Assembly: GCA_963802195.1 (NCBI GenBank)
Contig: CAWDHP010000003.1
Coordinates: 19,456-43,455, forward strand
Source: an uncultured bacterium
GTDB lineage: Bacteria; Patescibacteriota; Minisyncoccia; Minisyncoccales; Minisyncoccaceae
Length of the DNA: 24,000 bases
Direction: 5' to 3'
Part shown: positions 13,651 to 21,976 of the stretch, piece by piece
How positions within the stretch are numbered: the stretch's first letter is position 1
Layout: every line of letters begins with the position of its first letter
Program-made: the position numbers and the translations under genes
The notes under the pieces: generated by a model
Told to the model about the DNA's origin: nothing
The model's input: the letters and a program-made list of their open reading frames with translations, nothing else
The model's database searches: none

Positions 13651-14748
13651 CTACTCTATTCCAATTGATTCAATCAGGGCCAACTCTAAAGGCAATTGCT
13701 GTATTGAAGCGTATTTACTCTTGTTGTCCGCATCCAAAAGAAGATTAAGGGTTTTCTTTAAATTATCTTCTGCTAATCCTTCAGCTTGTTTTTTAGCCTT
13801 TTCCCCTACTTCCTTGGTTTCTCCAGGCATTACTGAATTGATTAAGCTTGAATCAATCTTAAGGATAAGCAATTTTCGTAAATAGTCAATAAGGGTTTTG
13901 GTAAATTCAGGAATATCTATTCCCTTCTCAATATTATCATTTAAGAATTTTAAAGCTCCTGCTTTATCTTTTTTAATTAAATAATCAGTTAGCTCAACAA
14001 CCAAATTAATATCTACCAATCCTAAAAGCAATTGAACATCTTCCGCTTTGATTTTAGTATCAGGTAAGAAATTCAAAACTTGGTTTAATGTTCCTTCTGC
14101 ATCACGCATTGATCCTTCAGAAGCAGAGGCAATCAAACCTAATGCTTCCTTTTCAATATCAATTCCCTCTTTCTTGCAAATGAAGGATAGTTTTTCAACA
14201 ACTTCGTCAAAAGAAAGTTTGTAGAAATCAAATCTCTGACATCGAGAAGCTATAGTTGGAATCATCTTGTGAGCCTCAGTAGTCGCTAATATGAAAACAG
14301 CATATGAAGGTGGCTCCTCTAATATTTTCAAAAGTGCATTGGCTGCATCTTTTGATAATTGATGAGCTTCATCTAATATTAGAACTTTGTATTTTAAAAA
14401 GTTAGGAGCAAATTTGATTCCCTCTCTAATGCTTCTAATTTCATCAATGCCTCTATTTGAAGCAGCATCAATTTCAATAATGTCTACTGCTTTGCCAGCA
14501 TTTATTTCCAAACAAGAAGAACATTTATTACAAGGTTCAGATCCTTTTAAGTTTTGGCAATTAATAGCTTTAGCAAATAGTCTAGCTAAAGTCGTCTTTC
14601 CTGTGCCGCGATGTCCTGAGAACATATAGGCATGGGAAATCATACCTGATGCAATCTCATTGGTAATAGTTTGAACAACATGTTTCTGACCAATAAAGTC
14701 TTTGAATGTTTGTGGTCTGTATTTACGGTATAGGACTAAGTTTGACAT
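13651..14748 (-). CDS. dnaX: DNA polymerase III subunit gamma/tau
   Basis: YRKYRPQTFKDFIGQ, the Walker A block FSGHRGTGKTTLARLFAKAINC, the Zn module CNKCSSC, ILDEAH and SRCQRF. Confidence 0.9.
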   Translation of the reverse strand: MSNLVLYRKYRPQTFKDFIGQKHVVQTITNEIASGMISHAYMFSGHRGTGKTTLARLFAKAINCQNLKGSEPCNKCSSCLEINAGKAVDIIEIDAASNRGIDEIRSIREGIKFAPNFLKYKVLILDEAHQLSKDAANALLKILEEPPSYAVFILATTEAHKMIPTIASRCQRFDFYKLSFDEVVEKLSFICKKEGIDIEKEALGLIASASEGSMRDAEGTLNQVLNFLPDTKIKAEDVQLLLGLVDINLVVELTDYLIKKDKAGALKFLNDNIEKGIDIPEFTKTLIDYLRKLLILKIDSSLINSVMPGETKEVGEKAKKQAEGLAEDNLKKTLNLLLDADNKSKYASIQQLPLELALIESIGIE

Positions 14749-14756
14749 ATATGAAT

Positions 14757-14785
14757 ATTCTATTATTTTTTCCCTTAAAAAGCAA
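14757..14785 (-). promoter_or_regulatory. dnaX promoter of leaderless type
   Basis: Minus strand reads TTGCTT (14785-14780), a 17-nt spacer, then TAGAAT (14762-14757), followed by only 8 nt before the ATG at 14748. No SD. Confidence 0.5.
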
Positions 14786-14810
14786 ATAAAAAAAGAGCAA
14801 TAGGCTCCGT

Positions 14811-14862
14811 ATAAAAAGAAAGAGAGAGCTACATTGTAAAGAAAAAATAATGTGTAGCTCTC
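14811..14862 (-). terminator. intrinsic terminator ending the first small transcription unit upstream of dnaX
   Basis: Perfect 10-bp stem GAGAGCTACA (14824-14833) / TGTAGCTCTC (14853-14862). On the minus strand it is followed by TCTTTCTTTTTAT. Confidence 0.55.
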
Positions 14863-15060
14863 ATGAATAATAGGATATATGAATATTTTATAGAGATAAA
14901 AATATTAAATATCTATTATTATATGAAATAGTTTCTCTTTTTATGTAAAAAAGATACTAAGAAGAGAAACTCATAAATTATGTGATATTTTATATTTTCT
15001 TGATTTTAAAAAATCAAGAGGAAAATATTATAATTTATTAATTGTTCGAGAACTACTTAT

Positions 15061-15088
15061 ATTATAAACCTATGATTTATAATGTCAA
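15061..15088 (-). promoter_or_regulatory. consensus promoter, unit U1
   Basis: Minus strand reads TTGACA (15088-15083), a 16-nt spacer, then TATAAT (15066-15061). It is preceded by TTATAAACA (15095-15103), a two-mismatch relative of the TTATCCACA boxes in the island. Confidence 0.6.
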
Positions 15089-15323
15089 CAGCAGTTATAA
15101 ACAAAAAAAGAGCCCAAGCTCGTAAAGTGTTCAGAAAGGTGGGGATGTTATGGATTTTTGTTCTTGCGGAAATCCCTTATTGTAGGAGAATCCCCACCAG
15201 TCTTAGATTGTAGCGTTTGTAACGCTTTTTATCACCTCCGTGATATTTGCATTCTTTTGTTGATGCCTCCTCTTCATTTAGAATTGTTTCTATCAGAGGT
15301 ATTTCAAAAGTACTGTAGTTATA

Positions 15324-15351
15324 TATTTATCTTTTTTAATCTTTTTGTCAA
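15324..15351 (-). promoter_or_regulatory. candidate promoter, unit U2
   Basis: Minus strand reads TTGACA (15351-15346), a 16-nt spacer, then TAAATA (15329-15324). The -10 element is weaker than in the other units. Confidence 0.4.
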
Positions 15352-15505
15352 ATAAAAACAAATTACGAACCTTGGTGGCTCGTAAAAAAATATATAGAGA
15401 GATGTATGATGTAGGAGGAACCAAATGGATTTGTAGTTTCAACAATTATTAAGGTGCCATAGCCGCATACTAAAACACCTTACTAGTTGCTGTCGCTACA
15501 CTTTA

Positions 15506-15533
15506 ATTTTAAAGTATTAAAATTATTTGTCAA
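15506..15533 (-). promoter_or_regulatory. consensus-like promoter, unit U3
   Basis: Minus strand reads TTGACA (15533-15528), a 16-nt spacer, then TAAAAT (15511-15506). Confidence 0.55.
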
Positions 15534-15535
15534 AT

Positions 15536-15556
15536 CAAAAGAACCCTTTCGGGTTC
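15536..15556 (-). terminator. intrinsic terminator of unit U4
   Basis: Minus strand reads GAACCC-GAAA-GGGTTC followed by TTTT. Confidence 0.6.
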
Positions 15557-15677
15557 AGCTTAAAGAAAAAGTGGGGGGATTCTGACTTGGTCGGTGGAAA
15601 GCGATAAAGAGTCAGATCCCCATAGTGGTGTCCAGTGTTTTGTAAGGTTCAGAGGGTTGGCACTGGGCAACAAAAGC

Positions 15678-15706
15678 ATAGTAAATCCATTTTCATTTTT
15701 TGTCAA
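15678..15706 (-). promoter_or_regulatory. consensus-like promoter, unit U4
   Basis: Minus strand reads TTGACA (15706-15701), a 17-nt spacer, then TACTAT (15683-15678). Confidence 0.55.
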
Positions 15707-15939
15707 ACAAAAAAAAGACCTCAGCAGTCTCCCCGAAACAAGGGAGAAGAGTTTTATGCGAACTCTTTAACCATATGGATTCACAAAACTCTTCTTCACG
15801 AGTTTTATATAAAAAGCGTGATCATCGCTGTTTTACTTAAAACTCTAATATTTTACCGTTATATTCAATAACTTAAAAAGACCTCATTGAGTCTCTATTT
15901 TATTAAGTTAATTAACGGCTTCTGGAAACGTTCTATATA

Positions 15940-15968
15940 AATAATAACTGCTGAATTAATTTTTGTCA
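15940..15968 (-). promoter_or_regulatory. consensus-like promoter, unit U5
   Basis: Minus strand reads TTGACA (15968-15963), a 17-nt spacer, then TATTAT (15945-15940). Confidence 0.55.
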
Positions 15969-15987
15969 ATCTGTTTTTACGTGAATT

Positions 15988-16015
15988 CTTGACAATATTT
16001 AATCCTTTGCTAGAA
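15988..16015 (+). promoter_or_regulatory. strong promoter upstream of the cysK-cysS leader
   Basis: TTGACA (15988-15993), a 16-nt spacer ending in TGC (extended -10 TGn), then TAGAAT (16010-16015). Confidence 0.65.
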
Positions 16016-16024
16016 TAGACACAT

Positions 16025-16138
16025 ATGAAAAATATAAACAAACAAATCTGTCTGTTGCTGTCCCCCGCTAGACTAAGAGATTGGTTTGTTTTTAATATAT
16101 CGAATGTAAAACTAATCTCTTCCCAGAGATTTTTTTAA
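16025..16138 (+). CDS. possible leaderless 37-codon leader peptide (MKNINKQICLLLSPARLRDWFVFNISNVKLISSQRFF)
   Basis: The ATG lies about 9 nt after the -10 element, the same geometry as at dnaX and dnaB. The ORF spans both leader hairpins and ends inside the terminator U-tract. There is no other support. Confidence 0.25.
   Translation: MKNINKQICLLLSPARLRDWFVFNISNVKLISSQRFF
16114..16138 (+). terminator. intrinsic terminator/attenuator 11 nt before the cysK ATG
   Basis: AATCTCT (16114-16120), loop TCCC, AGAGATT (16125-16131), followed by a T7 run. Confidence 0.6.
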
Positions 16139-16148
16139 TTAATAAAAC

Positions 16149-16994
16149 ATGAAAACAATTTTAGAACACATTGGCAATACGCCATTAGTAAAAATAGAAA
16201 ATAACATCTTTGCTAAAATGGAAGGATTTAATCCTGGCGGTTCGATTAAAGACAGGATTGCACTAAACATGATTAATGAGGCGGAAAAATCAGGACTCAT
16301 CAAACAAGGAGATACTTTGATTGAGCCAACTAGTGGCAACACTGGAGTTGGCTTAGCAATGGTTGCGGCGATGAAAGGATACAAAGTTAAAATGATAATG
16401 CCTGAGAGTACCAGTAAAGAAAAGATAAAGATGGTCAAGATATTTGGTGGAGAAGTAATTTTAATGGAAAACTTAAGATACAGGAAGTTCGCTATTAATG
16501 ATGTGAAAGATATGGCTAAGATTGGAGAGAGACAAGTCTTTTTAAATCAATATGAAAATTTAGCTAATCCTGAATCACACTATTATGGAACAGCTGAAGA
16601 GATATTAAAACAGATGGAAGGCAAACAGATTGACTATTTCATCGCTGGCATGGGAACTGGTGGAACAATTACAGGAATTGGAAGAAAGTTAAAAGAAAAA
16701 TATCCCAATATTAAAATTATCGGAGTCCAGCCAGTTCAAAATCAAACAATCGAAGGATTAAGATCTCTTAAGGATGGATTCGTTCCAACAATTATTGATT
16801 TTGATTTAATTGATGAGATTTATGATCTTGAAGCAGAGAAAGCTTTAACTACCAAAGATGAATTAGCGAGAAAAGGAGTATTAGTTGGCCCTAGTTCGGG
16901 AGCAGCCATGTATATCTGTCGGGAAATACAGAAAGAACATCCAGAAGCGAATATTATCACCATCTTCCCTGACCGTGGAGAGAGATATCTTTAA
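16149..16994 (+). CDS. cysK: cysteine synthase (O-acetylserine sulfhydrylase; CysK and CysM not distinguishable)
   Basis: GNTPLVKI, the PLP-lysine motif NPGGSIKDRIA, EPTSGNTGVGLA and GMGTGGTITG. Confidence 0.85.
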   Translation: MKTILEHIGNTPLVKIENNIFAKMEGFNPGGSIKDRIALNMINEAEKSGLIKQGDTLIEPTSGNTGVGLAMVAAMKGYKVKMIMPESTSKEKIKMVKIFGGEVILMENLRYRKFAINDVKDMAKIGERQVFLNQYENLANPESHYYGTAEEILKQMEGKQIDYFIAGMGTGGTITGIGRKLKEKYPNIKIIGVQPVQNQTIEGLRSLKDGFVPTIIDFDLIDEIYDLEAEKALTTKDELARKGVLVGPSSGAAMYICREIQKEHPEANIITIFPDRGERYL

Positions 16995-17024
16995 ATATCT
17001 AAAATATTAAGATATAATAGAAAT

Positions 17025-18480
17025 ATGAAAATATATAATACTTTAACTAAAAAGAAAGAAGAATTTAAATCAATTAAAGACAAAGAAGTCGGAATCTACA
17101 CTTGTGGACCGACTGTCTACTGGTTTGCTCATATCGGCAACATGAGAGCCTACCTTTTTGAAGACACTTTAAAGAGAGTTTTAATATACAATGGATACAA
17201 GGTTAAGCATGTGATGAACATTACTGACGTTGGACATTTAACTTCTGATTCTGATTCAGGAGAAGACAAATTAGAGAAAGGAGCTAGGAAAGAAAGAAAA
17301 TCAGTTTGGGAGATTGCCCAGTTCTATACAGACTTCTTCAAGAAAGATTTAAAATCTTTAAATATTATTGATCCAACTATTTGGGTAAAAGCAACTGACA
17401 CTATCCAAGAGCAGATAGATTTGATTAAAGAGATGGAAAAGAAAGGATTCACTTACATCACTAGCGATGGAGTATACTTTGATACTTCTAAATTAGAGAA
17501 ATATGGAAGACTTATGGGGAGAAAGTGAAAGAACAGAAATGAAAGGCAGGATTGAAGAAGTAAAAGAAAAAAGAAACAAAGCCGACTTCGCTCTATGGAA
17601 GTTCAGTCCTAAAGATGAAAAGAGACAAATGGAATGGGAATCTCCTTGGGGAGTTGGTTTCCCTGGCTGGCACACTGAGTGTGTGGTGATGAGTGTAAAC
17701 AATCTAGGGATACCTTTTGATATCCATTGTGGAGGAATTGATCATATCTTTATCCACCACACTAATGAAATCGCCCAGGCTGAAGCCGTATACAACAAGC
17801 CAATGGCTAATTATTGGATGCACGGAGAATTCCTTAATTTAAAAGATGGGAAGATGTCTAAATCAGCAGGAACAATCATTACTCTTGAAACATTAAAAGA
17901 AAAAGGAGTCAGTCCCCTTGCCTATCGCTATCTATGTTTGAATACTCACTACCGAACTAAATTGTTTTTTAGTGATGAGAGCCTTGAGTTCGCTGAAACA
18001 AGCCTAAGCAAGCTTTACGAAAAAACAGTTGAACTATCTAGAAGTGAAAAGACACCCCATTCAAAGAAATATGAGGAATACAAAAAGAATTTCCTTGAAT
18101 TCATTAATGATGATTTAAATATTCCTTCTGCCCTAGCCTTAACTTGGGATATGATTAAGGACAAGAATATTACTGATTCAGAGAAATATGATTTGTTAAT
18201 TGATTTTGATAATGTCTTTGGTTTGAAACTTGCTTCAATTAAATCAGAAGATAATCTAACTGATTCAAAGTATATTATCAAAACAGAAAAAGATGGCATT
18301 CCTGTTTGGACTAGCGATACTAGTATTGTTCCTGAAGACATAATGAAACTAGTTGAAGCAAGAAACGAAGCAAGGAAGAACAAGGAATGGGATAAATCAG
18401 ATGAGGCAAGAAAAGAGATAGAAGAGAAAGGATGGCAAGTAGAAGATTCAGGAGAGAAGACAGTCATTAAGAAGAAATAA
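17025..18480 (+). pseudogene. cysS: cysteinyl-tRNA synthetase, interrupted by a single-base frameshift at the GGGG run 17516-17519
   Basis: The N-part has [15 protein letters not shown] (HIGH-type motif). The C-part has RNKADFALWKF, PGWHTEC and KMSKS. Two ORFs (17025-17528 and 17503-18480) are in frames 0 and +1. Deleting one G restores ...[20 protein letters not shown]... Confidence 0.85.
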
Positions 18481-18519
18481 CAAACTTTCTAAATTAAATA
18501 AAATTACTCCGTGAATCCT

Positions 18520-19038
18520 TTAGGAACCACGGAGTTGTTCAAACTTTTCTGCAAAGCAAGTCTGGTAGGTTAACTGGATCCACCAGGTAAAAGGGTGTTT
18601 GCATTTTTTTTCAAATCGCAGGAGCTCTCTCTTGCTGGTTCCAAGCTCATTAAGCGAAAGTCCAGAATTAATGATTGCGTTCAATAGATCGTAGTAGCAA
18701 TCATATATGCCGATACTGCGGAATTTCTTTTTACGGATTTTTTCCAGCAGTTCTTTTGCATATGCTTTCTGTGAAATCAGTAGCAAGCTACTAATTTCTT
18801 CTTCGCTCGTTCCAAGGTTTTCCAGCGTCATACGGGCATCGCCCATATTTTTACGCAGGGTACCTATCAGGAACAGGCTTTTTTCTGGACATTTTCTCAT
18901 GTATGCAAGAGTTTCTTTTGCTGCCTGTCGACAAGATAACCATGCAACAGCCTCTAATACTTTTGTGTTCAATGTTTTCCCTCCTAATTGTGAAAAGCTT
19001 ATTTTCCAGATTATACAATTATAGTTGCTGTTTGTCAA
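18520..19038 (-). CDS. hypothetical protein
   Basis: 172-aa ORF that looks GC-richer than its neighbours by eye. The annotated start overlaps the GT4 gene 3' end by 20 nt, so the true start may be internal (for example ATG at 18900). No motif recognised. Confidence 0.4.
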   Translation of the reverse strand: MTNSNYNCIIWKISFSQLGGKTLNTKVLEAVAWLSCRQAAKETLAYMRKCPEKSLFLIGTLRKNMGDARMTLENLGTSEEEISSLLLISQKAYAKELLEKIRKKKFRSIGIYDCYYDLLNAIINSGLSLNELGTSKRELLRFEKKCKHPFTWWIQLTYQTCFAEKFEQLRGS

Positions 19039-20140
19039 TAGCTATACATTCCTTGTAAAACTCCAAAACTCTATCCGCCACCTTCTCCCAAGAGTATTGC
19101 TGTACTTCTTTAAGTCCCCACTCCCCCATTTCTTTTCTTAACTTTTCATCACTGATTAATTTGTCTAATTTTTCTGCTAATTCAATTTCATTTTTAGGTT
19201 CAGCTAAGAATTCTTCTCCTTTAGTATTTTGTAGTAATTCTTTGTATCCCATATTACTAAACCCACAAACTGGCTTTCCTAAAGCCATGGCTTCTAGTAA
19301 AACAATACCAAAGCTTTCTCCAAATGTTGCTGGACTACAGTAAATATCACAAGTAGCAAAATATTGAGGGACAATGTCTCCACTTTGCATTCCTTCCCAA
19401 TAGACCTCTTTAAGTTTGTTTGCCTTAGCGTAATCTTCGCATTCTTCTTTGAGCGGCCCATCTCCTACAATTATCAATCTTAAATTATCATGCTTTTTTT
19501 GCAGAATCTTGTAGGCCATTAATAAATAGATTAATCCTTTTCTTTCTTCGATTCTTCCCAAGAAAAGAATATTGATTTTACTATTATCAAATTTATCTAT
19601 TCTCTTAACTGTTGGATTAAATTCATTTAAATCAATTCCATTAGGGATTACTTTTTTTAATCCATTATATTTTTTAAAAGGTTCAAGGTTAAAAGAAGCT
19701 ACTCCAATCACTCCCTTAACTTTGTGATTAATCAATCCGCTTAGATTATTTATCATTACATCTATAAGTGGAATCGATTCAGTATTAGCATGAAAAGTAA
19801 TAATATTAGTTGTATCTGATCTCTCTAATATCTGCGAGGCTGAAGGAATGATAAAGTTATGGAAATGCAAAATATCAAACTTTTCCTTTTTGAGCATCTT
19901 TTTAATAGCCAAAGGATTAAAATTGCAGACCAAGTCCCCTTGTGTTCCTCCGACATTTAAGGGAATTGAAGTTCCTAGGAGAATTACATTACCTCCATAC
20001 TTCTCTTTTAGCTTCCTTCGAGGGACAATTATCTTAGTTTCTATGCCTCTTTTCTCGAATTCCTTGGATAATCCCATTATGTGATTTTTCACTCCCCCTG
20101 GATTACTGAAGGAATGGAAAGAAATAAAGCCTATTTTCAT
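19019..20140 (-). CDS. glycosyltransferase family 4 (GT-B fold)
   Basis: ESFGIVLLEAMALGKPV matches the E-x7-E region typical of Glycos_transf_1/GT4. The N-terminal part is a GT4-like domain. Confidence 0.8.
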   Translation of the reverse strand: MKIGFISFHSFSNPGGVKNHIMGLSKEFEKRGIETKIIVPRRKLKEKYGGNVILLGTSIPLNVGGTQGDLVCNFNPLAIKKMLKKEKFDILHFHNFIIPSASQILERSDTTNIITFHANTESIPLIDVMINNLSGLINHKVKGVIGVASFNLEPFKKYNGLKKVIPNGIDLNEFNPTVKRIDKFDNSKINILFLGRIEERKGLIYLLMAYKILQKKHDNLRLIIVGDGPLKEECEDYAKANKLKEVYWEGMQSGDIVPQYFATCDIYCSPATFGESFGIVLLEAMALGKPVCGFSNMGYKELLQNTKGEEFLAEPKNEIELAEKLDKLISDEKLRKEMGEWGLKEVQQYSWEKVADRVLEFYKECIAIDKQQL

Positions 20141-20142
20141 AA

Positions 20143-20171
20143 TTGACGTTTAATTTGTTGTTTGCTACATT
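20143..20171 (+). promoter_or_regulatory. dnaB promoter of leaderless type
   Basis: TTGACG (20143-20148), a 17-nt spacer, then TACATT (20166-20171), followed by 7 nt before the ATG at 20179. Confidence 0.5.
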
Positions 20172-20178
20172 ATACTTA

Positions 20179-21556
20179 ATGAGTAGTGAAAATACAAATC
20201 TAAAAGTGCCCCCACAGGATATAGAAGCGGAAAAAAGCCTTTTAGGCTCTTTAATGCTTGATAAGGAAGCAATTACTAAAGTTGCTGATATTTTGCATGC
20301 TGAAGACTTTTACAAGAGAAATCACCAATACATCTATCAGGTGGTTGAAGATTTGTTTTCTCGTGGAGAGCCAATTGATTTAATTTCAGTTTCATCAAAG
20401 CTTAAAGAAAGAAATCAATTAGAGAATATTGGAGGAACCGCTTACCTAACTGAACTAATTAATACTGTTCCAACTGCCAGCCACGTAATGACCTATGCCA
20501 AGATTGTCCAAAAGAAAAGAATCTTAAGAGATTTAATCTCTGCTGGAACAGAAATATCTTTAATGGGCTATGAAGAAGAAAATGAATCTGATGATCTTTT
20601 GGATTCAGCTGAAAGAAGAATCTTCAGTATCACTCAAAAGAATCTAACTCAATCATTCTTACCAATCAAACCTTTCCTAGAAGAAGCTTTTGAAAGAATA
20701 GAAAGAATATCTAAACAGAAAGGAGCTTTAAGAGGAACTTCAACTGGATTTAACGGATTAGATTCCCTTCTCTCTGGTTTGCAGAATTCTGATTTAATTA
20801 TTCTTAGCTGCTAGGCCTTCAATGGGAAAATCAAGTTTAGCACTAGATATTGCCAAGAATGTTGCTTTAAAAGAAAAGAAGCCAGTTGGTATCTTCTCAT
20901 TAGAGATGAGCAAGGACCAATTAATTGATAGATTAATTAGTTCTGAATCAAATATTGACTCATGGAAGTTAAGACAAGGAATGCTTTCAACTGAAGGAGA
21001 TCAGAATGACTTTGTTTGTATCCAGCACGCCTTAGGCACTCTTTCTGAGGCTCCCATCTTCATTGATGACGCTTCTAGCTGTAGTGTTTTACAAATGAGA
21101 GCCATGGCCAGAAGATTACAAGCTAGTCATGGATTAGGTTTGATTATCGTTGATTATTTACAATTGATTGAGCCAAGCAACAAGATAATCAATAGTGTTC
21201 AACAAATTACTGAAATATCAAGACAATTAAAAGGATTAGCTAGAGAATTGAATATTCCTGTTTTAGCTCTATCTCAATTATCAAGAGCAGTAGAACAAAG
21301 AACTCCCAAGATTCCTAGACTATCAGATTTGAGAGATTCTGGTTCAATTGAGCAAGACGCTGATGTTGTTCTATTCATTTACCGTGAAGATGTTTACCAA
21401 GAAGAAAGTCCTCGAAAAGGAGTTGCTGATATTATTATCGCTAAACACAGAAACGGTCCTATCGGCAGAGTAGAACTATTCTTTGATAAACAAAGAGCCT
21501 GCTTCAGAAATATTGAAACGGGTCGTGATGCTTTTGAGGGAGATATTGGATTCTAA
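20179..21556 (+). pseudogene. dnaB: replicative DNA helicase DnaB, interrupted by a single-base frameshift near 20806
   Basis: The N-part has PPQDIEAEKSLLGSLML. The reading ...SDLIILSC-stop switches to the +1 frame, giving AARPSMGKSSLALDIA (Walker A). Removing a20806 restores DLIILAARPSMGKS. The C-part has IIVDYLQL and SRQLKGLARELNIPVLALSQLSR. Confidence 0.85.
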
Positions 21557-21557
21557 A

Positions 21558-21592
21558 ACAAAAACCTGCTTCAGAGTGAAACAGGTTTTTAA
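21558..21592. terminator. bidirectional intrinsic terminator between convergent dnaB and rplU
   Basis: AAACCTG (21562-21568) pairs with CAGGTTT (21582-21588). An A-run lies upstream and a T-run downstream. Confidence 0.6.
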
Positions 21593-21600
21593 ATATTTAA

Positions 21601-21912
21601 TTAATTCTTAACGTCTAGGATTTCAACTTCGGTATAGCGTTGTCTGTGCCCTTTTTTGACTTTGTATCTTTTCTTTGATTTGTATTTGAAAGTCATTACC
21701 TTATCAGCTTTAGCTTGTTTTAAAACTTTAGCTGTTACTGTAGCTCCTTTAATCAAAGGTTCTCCAAGAGTTAAATCTTTTCCGTTTTCAACCAAAAGTA
21801 CGTTGTCGAATACTACTTCGGCACCTTCTGCTACTTCAAGCTTCTCAATCTTTAATTTGTCTTTCGGGGAAACTCTGTATTGTTTTCCGCCTGTTTTTAT
21901 TACTGCTAACAT
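21601..21912 (-). CDS. rplU: 50S ribosomal protein L21
   Basis: MLAVIKTGGKQYRVSPKDKLKIEKL and the C-terminal GHRQRYTEV are typical of L21. Confidence 0.9.
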   Translation of the reverse strand: MLAVIKTGGKQYRVSPKDKLKIEKLEVAEGAEVVFDNVLLVENGKDLTLGEPLIKGATVTAKVLKQAKADKVMTFKYKSKKRYKVKKGHRQRYTEVEILDVKN

Positions 21913-21976
21913 GTTTTTTTGCTTAATTAATACTTTTTGTTTATATCATTTTATTGTTAATAGTCAATAATCAATC

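Noticed and set aside
14749-15060. SRP (4.5S/scRNA) gene upstream of dnaX, as in Bacillus-type synteny.
   Set aside because: I found no domain IV-like motif (GGAA tetraloop context with AGCA/CAGG internal loops) on either strand. The region is extremely AT-rich, with simple perfect hairpins.
15158-15871. ORFs 15158-15355 (+) and 15635-15871 (+) in the gene-free stretch.
   Set aside because: They begin at non-ATG or unsupported starts, run through hairpins and terminators, and have odd composition. The region is better explained as non-coding transcription units.
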